From: Candidatus Aenigmatarchaeota archaeon
GTDB lineage: Archaea > Aenigmatarchaeota > Aenigmatarchaeia > GW2011-AR5 > JAHLMP01
Assembly (NCBI GenBank): GCA_018920315.1
Contig: JAHLMP010000003.1
Span: forward strand, 43,472-107,471
DNA: 64,000 bases
Direction of reading: 5' to 3'
A program made the position numbers and the translations under genes. This document shows, in pieces, positions 1-9,600 of this stretch; within the stretch, counting starts at the first letter, position 1, and each line of letters opens with the position of its first letter. The notes below the pieces were generated by a model. The model saw nothing but the letters and a program-made list of their open reading frames with translations, ran no database searches and was not told where the DNA came from.

Positions 1-465
1 CAATATTTTTCTACAATCTTCCATTGTTATAGTTGCATATTCCCCACAATCAAAAAGATGGAAACAAAATATCGCATCCTCGCAAACTTCCCATGGTCGT
101 AAAAGGAAGACATCAGCATTTCTAGTTGTATTTGAAGGTATTATATCTACATCTCCGGGTTTTCCTATCTTGTTTTTTGTACCTTCTGGAAACAGCCTTG
201 AAGTACAAAAAGCTACAGCTATACCTAAATTTCCTGAGCTAGAGTACTCTCTACAAAAGCTAAGACATCTTTGTTGAAATGCTTTATAATCTGCTGTTTC
301 TTTGAAGGTTTTAAGGTCTTCTATTCCTGTGATACTCGAAAGAAATGTTCTTATAACAACAGCAGCAACTATTACTAGAATCAAAAGTCCTATTATCATT
401 TCTAGACTCATCTGTGCTTTTAGCATTTTTCTATTTTTTTCAAAACCAACAAATTCGAATTTCAT
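1..465 (-). CDS. prepilin-like protein (class III signal peptide-like N-terminus), C-terminus outside window
   Basis: Own minus-strand translation from the ATG at 465-463: MKFEFVGFEKNRKMLKAQMSLEMIIGLLILVIVAAVVI... It stays open to position 1. The K-A-Q-x-S-L-E motif followed by a hydrophobic helix resembles a type IV prepilin leader. An alternative start is at 426-424. The ORF is truncated, so it is not in the ORF track. Confidence 0.5.
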   Translation of the reverse strand, partial: MKFEFVGFEKNRKMLKAQMSLEMIIGLLILVIVAAVVIRTFLSSITGIEDLKTFKETADYKAFQQRCLSFCREYSSSGNLGIAVAFCTSRLFPEGTKNKIGKPGDVDIIPSNTTRNADVFLLRPWEVCEDAIFCFHLFDCGEYATITMEDCRKIL

Positions 466-497
466 TTAAATTTCACCAATAGTTGAGCATTTGATTT

Positions 498-1577
498 TTA
501 AATTTCTTCCGAATTTCTTGATTGCGCTTCTTGCACATCAATCGGCCTACATTCTTGTCTTCCTGCTTCAAATACAGCTGTAATCACAAACTTAAGAGGT
601 TTAAGACCACGTTCGCTTGGTATATTATATTTATAATCTGTAAGTATAAAATTTATTCTTGCACTTGCTGTTTGAGCTTGCATCTCTATTCCTTGAGGCT
701 TTCTTTTGATTTCATTCTCTGCTTTCAAATTTGAAGAAGAGTAGCAAAGATTTGCTATTGGTTCTCTTTCACAAGGAGTATTCAAGCACGTTTGACCTTC
801 TCCTAAGCAAAGAATTTCATAAGTGCATTTTACATATTCGTCAAACAAAGCTTCAAAACCTTTGCAAATATCATCTAAAGAAGCTCTAAGCTTTGTTGCC
901 GTATCTTCTGGCCCGGTGCAGCGTTCGCGCATTTCTTGGTTAACTAATCTCATAAGCAAATTTCTTTCCTTTGCAGCAGTATAAAGATTCCAATATATCC
1001 AATAACCTCTATTAAGCTCGACATCTGTAGCAAGATTTCCAATATAAGATTTATAGCTTGGGGATTTTACTTCTATATTTCCTCCTCCAAATGTTGCTGT
1101 AGTAAAACTTTCGCAATTTGCAGAATTCTTTCCTATGCATTTCTCTTTTCCAGGATTATCTATAGCAACGCAGCCATATTCTTTTACACTTATATTTAGA
1201 TTTTTTATTTTCGGATCTGTATTAGTAACATTTATATAGAGATTTAGATAATTCAAAGTAAAGTTACTTAAGGCAAAAGCGAACTCTTCTGGTTCAGGTG
1301 GTTGTGGATTGCTATTGCACCACCAATATGTTACAGGATATATAGTTCCGCCTTGAGCAGCAGTAATTAGCATTGCTTGATGTCCAGAGAATTTCAAATC
1401 CTGCGTAAGCTGTGCTTTAATAGCCTCTAATCTTGATCTTGCGATATCTTCTGCTGCAGCAGAAAGTTGGGTTGAAGTATACCCAGAGTATTGCATTTGA
1501 TACACAGAGTAAGCAAGCACTCCAACAATTCCTATTAATGCTACAATTGCAAGCGCAGCGTAAGCTACTGCCTTCAT
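498..1577 (-). CDS. membrane-anchored Cys-rich protein of unknown function
   Basis: 359-aa ORF with the N-terminal hydrophobic helix MKAVAYAALAIVALIGIVGVLAY and many Cys residues. It lies 33 nt upstream of the prepilin-like ORF on the same strand. No family recognised. Confidence 0.6.
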   Translation of the reverse strand: MKAVAYAALAIVALIGIVGVLAYSVYQMQYSGYTSTQLSAAAEDIARSRLEAIKAQLTQDLKFSGHQAMLITAAQGGTIYPVTYWWCNSNPQPPEPEEFAFALSNFTLNYLNLYINVTNTDPKIKNLNISVKEYGCVAIDNPGKEKCIGKNSANCESFTTATFGGGNIEVKSPSYKSYIGNLATDVELNRGYWIYWNLYTAAKERNLLMRLVNQEMRERCTGPEDTATKLRASLDDICKGFEALFDEYVKCTYEILCLGEGQTCLNTPCEREPIANLCYSSSNLKAENEIKRKPQGIEMQAQTASARINFILTDYKYNIPSERGLKPLKFVITAVFEAGRQECRPIDVQEAQSRNSEEI

Positions 1578-1854
1578 TTCTTCACCTTAATAACTATTTC
1601 TCAAAACTTATATTTAAACTTTTTCAGATATTAAGTGTATAACATTTTTCTTTTCGAGTCAATTTTAATTAGCGATTCTTTCTTAAAATTTTGTGATAAT
1701 TAATAATGAAGCAAAAATAATATTAAGAGTCTTTTAGACAACTCTGGAGGAAAGGATAATTAAAGATAGGTAGAATTTAAGATTAAAAATAATAAAGTAG
1801 TTAGATAAAAAGTAGTTAAAATAAATAATAAAATTAGAAAACAGTGATGAAAAA

Positions 1855-2268
1855 ATGAAAATAAAAGTTCGTGACTTCATAGACTTTTTTGCTGCAATTG
1901 CTGCTGCTTTTATATTTTACAAACTTCTTACAATAGCTACTGGCAGCTCTACCCCAATAGTTTCTGTTGCAAGTAGTTCGATGATTCCTAATCTTTATCC
2001 TGGAGATTTGGTATTTGCTATAGAGGCAAAGAACTTGAAGATTGGAGATATCATCATCTATAGGGCAAATTGTTATGGACTTCCGAAAAAAGATATTATT
2101 CATCGAATAATAAAATTTGAAGATAGCAAAATAATAACTAAAGGTGATAATAATCCGATTGCTGATCCTTGCCCCATTGAAAAATCTCAGATTAAAGGAA
2201 AAGTAATTTTTGCAATTCCTCTCTTGGGTTGGCCAAGATTGTTGTTAAGTTATATTGGAATTGAATGA
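1855..2268 (+). CDS. signal peptidase I, archaeal/Sec11 type
   Basis: 137 aa with an N-terminal TM helix, the catalytic-Ser box SSSMIPNLYPGD, the His box IIHRII and the TKGDNN box typical of S26B peptidases. Confidence 0.8.
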   Translation: MKIKVRDFIDFFAAIAAAFIFYKLLTIATGSSTPIVSVASSSMIPNLYPGDLVFAIEAKNLKIGDIIIYRANCYGLPKKDIIHRIIKFEDSKIITKGDNNPIADPCPIEKSQIKGKVIFAIPLLGWPRLLLSYIGIE

Positions 2269-2419
2269 TTATTGCTTTGATAGAAGATTTCATTTTTAAA
2301 GGAATTTATATTTCAAGCAGCATAAAACTTGAAAATAAATTTTTCATAATTTCTCTTTTCTATTCCTTTTCCAAAGTCTTCGTAGAAAAATTTTAAAGCT
2401 AAATAAAAAACTTTTAATT

Positions 2420-3898
2420 ATGGTGTTAGCACCGTTTCGTAGAACAAGAGATTTGAGAGAAATAATTAAAAGACTTGAAGGAAAGGTAGCAAAACTTGAA
2501 GAAGAAAAGAAAGTTCTGAGTGAAACTTTAAATAAAGAAAGAAGAAGGCTTGAAGAAGAGACGAAAAAGCAAAGATTAGAATATGAAAGAATTGTTGAAG
2601 AACTGGAAGAGAAAATAGATAGATATGAAAATAATTTAGAAAAATGTAAAAGATTGATTGAGTGGTATGAAAAAAGTTTAAAAGAGTATGAAAGTAGAAT
2701 TGCAAGCTTAGAAGATGGTTTAAGAAGAAGGGAAAATGAATTAGAAAGACGTTTAAGGAAAGAGAGAGTATTAAAGCAAGAACTGATATCTTCAAAAAGG
2801 AGCGCCAGAAAACTTAAAGAAAGATTAGAGAGAGAAAGAGTAGAAGAAAAAGAACTTTCCACATCTTTGGAAAATATAATAAGAAAAATTTTTATGAAAC
2901 TGGTGGAAAAAGAATTCGATAATCCTATTAGAGAGTTTATAGATGAAATTATAGAAGGTTCAGAACTTTATGAAATATCATTGAAATCTAAAAGAGGAGC
3001 GATCTATCATCCAGATTTAGATGGCAGTATAGCGGCAAGCTTAATAGCCCAATACTTATTAGAGAGATATCACGATTTTCCAAAAATTTTTGGTAGCTTC
3101 TATAGAAATCTTAAAGAGAATATTCAAAGGTTTTGTAAAGAAAATGATTTAGAAGACTTGTTTCTTTTAGATTTACTTCCAATAGAATATGAAAAGATAA
3201 TTCCATTGACGCAAGGATTAAAAAGATTGACGATAATCACAGACAAGGAAAGAAATAGTTATAATACCGAAAGAATAGAAGTTATAGGAGCAAGCGATAA
3301 TAACAAATCTACAAGCGAATTAACTTATGATTACTTGAAAAAGAAAGGATTTAAAGGAAATAATGCTGAAAGGCTTGTGGAACTTGCTATCATGAGTCAT
3401 GGAAAGCAACCTGATGAAGAGGCTAAAACAATTCAATACTCTCTTGAGCTTATTCCACAACTTTCTGAACCTCTCATCTTTGAGCTTGCTGAGCATGGTA
3501 AGATTAACGATGAAAGAGTTTGGCGTCTTATGGATTGTTGTTTTTCAGTTGCTTCTCAAGCAGTAAGATTAATTTCTCGATCTTATGAAACTCTATATGA
3601 AGGGGAGAGTGGTGTTCTAATTCATTCCCCCATTTCATTCTTTTATGGTTTAAATTTATCTGATATTAGAAGAGAAAAAGGAAAAAATGCAATTGGAATT
3701 AAATTTGATGGAGATGAGATAATAGTTATAGGAAGGTGCAAAAATAAAGAAGATGCTGAAACGTTAGAAAAATATCTTCAGAAAATTACGCCAAGAATTA
3801 ATATAGTTCATCAAGATTATATCATTGCAAATTGTCCAAGAGATAGCGAGCGTGAGCTTATTCTCAATTTGAAAGAATATTGTATGAGAGAAAAATGA
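2420..3898 (+). CDS. coiled-coil protein with a C-terminal domain carrying a DHH-motif-I-like signature
   Basis: 492 aa. The first ~170 aa are charged heptad-like sequence (E/K/R/L rich). The C-terminal ~320 aa contains AIYHPDLDGSIAASLIAQYL, which resembles DHH phosphoesterase motif I. No clear DHH triad was seen. Confidence 0.6.
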   Translation: MVLAPFRRTRDLREIIKRLEGKVAKLEEEKKVLSETLNKERRRLEEETKKQRLEYERIVEELEEKIDRYENNLEKCKRLIEWYEKSLKEYESRIASLEDGLRRRENELERRLRKERVLKQELISSKRSARKLKERLERERVEEKELSTSLENIIRKIFMKLVEKEFDNPIREFIDEIIEGSELYEISLKSKRGAIYHPDLDGSIAASLIAQYLLERYHDFPKIFGSFYRNLKENIQRFCKENDLEDLFLLDLLPIEYEKIIPLTQGLKRLTIITDKERNSYNTERIEVIGASDNNKSTSELTYDYLKKKGFKGNNAERLVELAIMSHGKQPDEEAKTIQYSLELIPQLSEPLIFELAEHGKINDERVWRLMDCCFSVASQAVRLISRSYETLYEGESGVLIHSPISFFYGLNLSDIRREKGKNAIGIKFDGDEIIVIGRCKNKEDAETLEKYLQKITPRINIVHQDYIIANCPRDSERELILNLKEYCMREK

Positions 3899-3967
3899 GA
3901 AGTTAAAAAATAGTAACATGAAGGAGGATATTTTAGGGTATTAGTTTTTTAAGTTTTCTTTATCACT

Positions 3968-4279
3968 TTAGTCTTCTCTCCAAGTATAATTGCATTTTAC
4001 GCATCTGAACAGCTGTGTAATTGGCTTATCTTCCATTCCTGTCTGTTCTGTCCAATAATAAGCTTTGTTGTGCTCACAATTTGGGCAAAGCTTTGCAATC
4101 GTTGGTAATATATCTCTAGCTTCTTCTATTCTTCTTTTTTGATGTTTTATTTCTGTCTTAAGCTTGAGTGCTGCAATCTTTGCAAGTTTCTTATAATTGC
4201 ATATTCTACATTCCCAATAGTTTTTCGAACCTTTTTTTATTGGTAACATCATTGCTCCGCATCTATCGCAAAACTCCAT
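3968..4279 (-). CDS. tfs: transcription factor S (TFS / RpoM-like)
   Basis: 103 aa with an N-terminal zinc ribbon (CDRCG...CRIC) and a C-terminal TFIIS-type ribbon (CPNCEH...YWTEQT...FRCVKCNYTWRE). Confidence 0.85.
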   Translation of the reverse strand: MEFCDRCGAMMLPIKKGSKNYWECRICNYKKLAKIAALKLKTEIKHQKRRIEEARDILPTIAKLCPNCEHNKAYYWTEQTGMEDKPITQLFRCVKCNYTWRED

Positions 4280-4525
4280 ATCTTATTCTTCGCTTTATCA
4301 ACTTTAATTTTTATATTTTGATAAATGGAAAAAAATACGAAAATATTCGAATAAGCATAGATAAAATTAAAAATTTTACTCTTCATTTTCATAACTTTTT
4401 GAAATTTTTTCAAGGCAAATATAATATTTAATTGTTTTTCATTGTCAATTTTAATTAGAGTTACATTTGTAATTGCTATGTAGATTTAAAATAGATTTTC
4501 AAAAAGATGAAATATTTTAAAAAAT

Positions 4526-4966
4526 GTGAAACAAATGTTGCAAAAGCTAAAGAAATATGAAGCTATTTTAAATATTTTGAGAGAGGATGCAGATATCTCG
4601 ATGAAAGAGATAAGCAAGAAAACAGGAATTCCAATAACAACAATTCATAATAGAATAAAGGCGATGAAAAAAGAAGGAATAATAAAGTGCTATAGAGCAA
4701 TTATCGATCCTAAAAAATTAGGTTACAATGTTCAAGCGTTTGTTCAGCTTGCTGTTAAGGGATTGGATGATGAAAAAATAAAAAAGATCATCTCTCTTCC
4801 AAATGTTGTAGAGTGCTATACAGTTTCTGGTCCGCACAATGTGATTCTAAAGGTTTATGCTGAAACAATAGAAGCTTTGAATAATTTTGTTGACTCGCAG
4901 CTAAGATCAAAGGATTGGGTCGGAGAGGTTATAATAGAAATAGTTATGAATGTTATGAAAGAATAA
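4526..4966 (+). CDS. Lrp/AsnC family transcriptional regulator
   Basis: 146 aa with an N-terminal HTH (ISMKEISKKTGIPITTIHNRIKAMKKEGII) and a C-terminal RAM/AsnC_trans_reg-like fold (YNVQAFVQL...VVECYTVSGPHNVILKVYA). An ATG alternative start is at 4535. Confidence 0.85.
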   Translation: MKQMLQKLKKYEAILNILREDADISMKEISKKTGIPITTIHNRIKAMKKEGIIKCYRAIIDPKKLGYNVQAFVQLAVKGLDDEKIKKIISLPNVVECYTVSGPHNVILKVYAETIEALNNFVDSQLRSKDWVGEVIIEIVMNVMKE

Positions 4967-5098
4967 AGATGTAGCAAGAGTATGAAGAATTTATAAGAAA
5001 TTTTATAAAATTCAAAAATACCTTAAAAAATTAATTTAAAAATATTAAAAATAAAAAGTTAAAAATAAAAAGAAAAAAATGACTTTTTGATTTTCTTA

Positions 5099-6193
5099 TC
5101 ATTTTATTATTTCTATTCCCAATTGTCTTGTTAAAGTTTTCTTTTCAGCTTCTGCACTTTTAACTGAAGGTCCTAAGATGTAAGGAGACTTTACTCCTGT
5201 TATTATTGTAATTACTTGTAATTTATCTTCGTATTCTGGCAATATCCTTGCACCCCAAATTACAGGAGCCTCTGGATCCAAGTGCTTAGATACCATTTCT
5301 CCAATAACATTTACTTCTTCTAACTTTAGTGTCGGCCCACCAACGATCTGGATTAATGCTCCTGTAGCTCCTGAGTAATCTACTTCAAGCAATGGATTGT
5401 TTAAAGCCTTCATTACTGCTTCCTTTGCTCTATTTTCGCTAGTGCTTTCACCAACACCTATGGCTGCAACTCCACCACTTCTCATTATTGTTCTTACATC
5501 AGCATAGTCAAGATTTACTAGTGAAGGTTGTGAGATTGTCTCGCAAATTCCTTTTATCATTGTAGCTATGAAATCGTCTGCTACTGCAAAGGCTTCTTTT
5601 AAAGGAAGGTTGCCAGCAAGTGATAATAATCTCTGATTTTCCATTACTATTACGGTATCGCAAACCTCTCTTAGTTGTGCAAGCCCTTCTTCTGCCTTTG
5701 CTATTCTTGCACCTTCTATCTTGAATGGCAATGTAACAGCGCCTATAACTATTGCTCCTATTTCTTTAGCTATCTTTGCTATTACTGGAGCAGAACCAGT
5801 ACCAGTACCTCCTCCTAAGCCACATGTAATAAATACCATGTCAGCATTCTCGAGTGCTGCTTTTAGCTCTGCCTTGCTTTCTTCTGCTGCTTTCTTTCCA
5901 ATTTGAGGATAACCTCCTGCTCCCAAGCCCTTTGTTAGTTCCTTTCCAATAAGTATTTTCTGATCGGCCTTTGATATAGCTAAATGCCTCGCATCTGTAT
6001 TTACTGCTATCGTCTTTGCTCCCATTATTCCTTTAGTATAAAGTCTTGTAATTGTATTATTTCCTGCTCCTCCAGCACCAACTACGATTATTCTTGCTTG
6101 ATAAGCGTCAAAATTCTCTACATTGCTTTCTCTTTTTGTTGGTTCTATTATTGGTATTTCTGTTATTTTGCTTGTTTCTATACTATAATTCAT
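5099..6193 (-). CDS. ftsZ: cell division GTPase FtsZ
   Basis: 364 aa with the tubulin signature GLGGGTGTGSAPV, plus VGAGGAGNNTI and the NTDARHL motif. Confidence 0.95.
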   Translation of the reverse strand: MNYSIETSKITEIPIIEPTKRESNVENFDAYQARIIVVGAGGAGNNTITRLYTKGIMGAKTIAVNTDARHLAISKADQKILIGKELTKGLGAGGYPQIGKKAAEESKAELKAALENADMVFITCGLGGGTGTGSAPVIAKIAKEIGAIVIGAVTLPFKIEGARIAKAEEGLAQLREVCDTVIVMENQRLLSLAGNLPLKEAFAVADDFIATMIKGICETISQPSLVNLDYADVRTIMRSGGVAAIGVGESTSENRAKEAVMKALNNPLLEVDYSGATGALIQIVGGPTLKLEEVNVIGEMVSKHLDPEAPVIWGARILPEYEDKLQVITIITGVKSPYILGPSVKSAEAEKKTLTRQLGIEIIK

Positions 6194-6293
6194 TTTAAAT
6201 TCACCTCACGAAAATATATTTTGTTGCATCGAAATCAATTTAAATATAGCAACATAATTATTACTAAAGAAATCTAATATTCATTCGCCTCAA

Positions 6294-6323
6294 TTCATTC
6301 AAGTTTGCCAGAACTTGAATGAA
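6294..6323. repeat. perfect 12-bp stem / 6-nt loop hairpin
   Basis: TTCATTCAAGTT-tgccag-AACTTGAATGAA, checked base by base. It lies ~100 nt upstream of the ftsZ start and ~335 nt downstream of the stop of the 1243-aa gene. Confidence 0.7.
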
Positions 6324-6484
6324 AGTTGATTTCTTCCCGAAACCCGTAACCCTTAACCCAATTTTACTATTATTCTATGTATTAAAATATTTTTCTATTG
6401 TAGAAAAAATATTTCATAAAAGAGAAAAATTTAAAAATATATGAAGTTAACTTTGAAATTTTTTTCATCTATGCTATGAATTTC

Positions 6485-6610
6485 TTTCACGTGGTGAAAA
6501 TTTTTATAAGTGAATTTAAGTGAATGAGAAAATTCTATAAATGAATTTAAGTGAATGAAATAATTATTTCATACTTCACTTTATTTTCACTTAGTCATTT
6601 TATTTCACTC
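6485..6610. repeat. cluster of convergent AAGTGAAT / TTCACTT motifs
   Basis: Forward AAGTGAAT at 6508-6515, 6518-6525 and 6549-6556 (variant AAATGAAT at 6539-6546). Reverse TTCACTT at 6575-6581 and 6586-6592, and TTCACTC at 6604-6610. TTTCAC-gtg-GTGAAA lies at 6485-6499, and the cluster is centred on the palindrome GAAATAATTATTTC. Confidence 0.6.
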
Positions 6611-6658
6611 AAAAGATTCTACTAGGAATGAAAAATTTGTAATAGTAAAAATTTCTAA

Positions 6659-9600
6659 TTATTCCCGCAAACTATATTTTTCTTTAATATAATCTAAATA
6701 ATATAACAATTCGTTTGTAGCTTTTTCCAATTCTTTTTTCAAAACCTCACAGTTTATTTCGCAATTTGTTGTTATCATTCCTAACTCCTTTTTCTCTTCT
6801 ATCTTTCCTAGATATGCAACTAAAATTTTAGTTTTACTAGTTGCATTCTCGATTATCTCTATCGTTCTATTTGATGTTATCATTTTGTATTTTATTCCAT
6901 CGCTTGAATATTCTACTCTTATAGCCCTTTCAGGATTTTTATATTCTATTATTCTTTTTCCATCTTGAATATAATCGTAAAAGTTTTCAGAAAAGCTTTT
7001 TATCTTACTTTCTTTTCGCGTCGGAGAACTTATAAATTCTATTATTCTTTTAAAACCATCTAAAAATAACTCGAAAAAGCTTGGAGCTCTGACATAGAAT
7101 AAAGAAGCTCTTGGACCTGCTATATTTCCGTTCTCATCTTTAACAATAGCGGTAGCGATAAATTTACCTTCTTTTTTCGCATACCAAGGGATTTCTATAT
7201 CTTCGATTCCATTGACTTCTTTTATAAAGCTGAGCTCTTCATTAAAATCTTCTGAATCAATCAAAATTGTTATATTTAACTTTCCATTACCTTTCAATCT
7301 TAAAATTATTTTTTCCTCTTTACCTAGTGTTACATTTCTTGTTATAAGATCTATTATTTCTAAATTCGGCTCGTAAGTAATTCTTACTAATCCTTCATAA
7401 ATTCTTGCAGAGATATTCTCGCTATTCCTAAAATATCTTACAGGAACAAAATTAATAGAAAGCAAGTACCTATTATCAAAAAGCTTTTGTTCATCTATCC
7501 AATATAAGTGCGAAGGAAATGATGTGAAATTTTCTTGAGTAGAAGAGAATTGGTCCTCTCTCAATATTATTGGCTCTATATTCGCAATAAGATCTTTCTC
7601 TATAATTTCGAAACTTACATTCTTTATATTAGATGGCACTATTATCTCCTTTCTAAATACCGGTACAATAGGTTTGTTTACATCGTAGATAAAATATTGA
7701 GGAGTTTCAAATACTATCTCTTTGTTCTTTATTTCATATTTAGGAGAAAAATTAAATTCAATTAAAAAATCATTTCCATTGCTTATTATTTCATAGTTCA
7801 TATTTTCATAGTTTGGAGGATCTATAACTAATGATGGATCCCCATAAAGCATTTTTTGATAGAATTCTTTTTGAATAAGTTTTAATGAGCTCAAAACTGT
7901 TAATGATGTTACAATCGATCCTTGAGAATAACTTTGATTGGAATATGCAATATTCAACTTCATATTATTTACAGCTTTTCCTATTGGATAGTTTTTTAGC
8001 AAGCTGTTCAAAAATGAGATTAAAGGAGAGAAAACATAAGTATCGTGAACTATACCAGTAGAGCCAATAAAAACGAGATTGTTAATCTTTATAAAACTGC
8101 TATTTGGATGTGCAGAAAGCGAGTGCTCGTCAAAAAATATTTTTGGAGTTTTAAATTCTATTTCACTTGCTGATATATTTTTATCTCTTGGATAAGGATT
8201 AAAGTAAGATTCGTTTGAAGGAAAATAAAGATTTTTTAGATCGCCCATTCCAAAATAGAAAATAGTTGAAAAGTTTTCTATATTACTCAAAAAGCTAGAT
8301 TTGTTTAGTTCTTCTAATTTATTCAAATTTTTCAAATCTCTCCAATCTGCCTCTAGAATTTTATATTTATAGTTTGAAATCTTTTTTAGATTCAAAAAAT
8401 CAAAAGCTTTGCTTACCCATTCTTCTGGGTTTAAAGATATTGATTTCTCGATTTCTTTCTTGTCTTCTTCTGTAATATTTTCACCTCTTATCTCAATAAA
8501 TCGCGTAACGTTGAATCCTTTAACTCTTAGCGTCCATTCTGTTGCAAATCCTTCTGCCATGCCGTCAAGAAAGAATAAATCAAGATATTTTGGCATGCGA
8601 TATTCTGAAAATATTGCTACGTTTTTATTGTTCTTGTTCCATAGCTTTGAGTTCTCTATCATCAAAGATACTTGAGCTGGAGAACAACAAAATCTTCCTA
8701 TCGCTAGCTCTAGATAGCCATCATTATTTATATCAGCGTATAGATTATCTGTAAATAAAATATCTCCATCTTGTATGTCAAAGCGATCATCGCTCCAAGG
8801 ATCTTCTACGCAAGCATATGGAGCTCCAAGCAATGAAAGAAAGATTGTAGTATTAAATTGATAGTATTTTCCTAATAAGCCTTTTTGAATAATTTTTTCG
8901 ATAGTACTATTTATTTTAGATTTTGTAAGATTTATTTTATTTTTCTCATTTATTTGAGATACAGTTCCTGAATAATTTTCTATGACATCTATCACTATAG
9001 GAACTGCATCAAATCTCGTAGAAAGAGCAGCTTCGTTTTTGGCGACATTTGAGACAACAAGATAATTAACTTCTTTTCTTTTTTCTTTTGTGAGATCTAG
9101 AATATAATCTATAAGTTTTTCTTCATTATCCAAAACTATTTTGCAAGAGTTATTGAAGAATGTGCAAATTGTATCTTTTGCAAAATCACTAGAGATAGTT
9201 TGATCTTTTCTAATAAAAGTATAATTTTTTAATTTTGCAATAAAGCTTGCAAGCAAAGCTTTAGTTCTATTTTCATCAACAACAACTAAGCCATTACCTA
9301 TTTGATATCTTTCATTAATTTGATAATTTCTAATTTGCGGCAAATCTTCAGGATAATTCATACCAACAAGAAAGATAGCATCAGGCGAATACCTTTCTAT
9401 AAAATTTTTGATTTGATTTTTCATTCTTTCATTATTTTCTTCCCAAACTATTACAGGAATTACTTTCTCATTGTTTTCATAGCGACTTGCAAATGATGAA
9501 GCAAATAGAATATCGTAAAAATCATTTTTTACCATAATTATTGGCTTTCTGAAGTTTTGAATTATAGGAATTGAAGTAGTAGTTGATGTTGTTGCTACAA

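Noticed and set aside
2344-2862. Two long minus-strand ORFs (172 and 109 aa), rich in Ser/Leu/Phe, opposite the coiled-coil gene.
   Set aside because: They are low-complexity mirror images of the E/K/R-rich plus-strand coding sequence. They have no motifs, and the plus-strand ORF is far longer and has protein-like composition.
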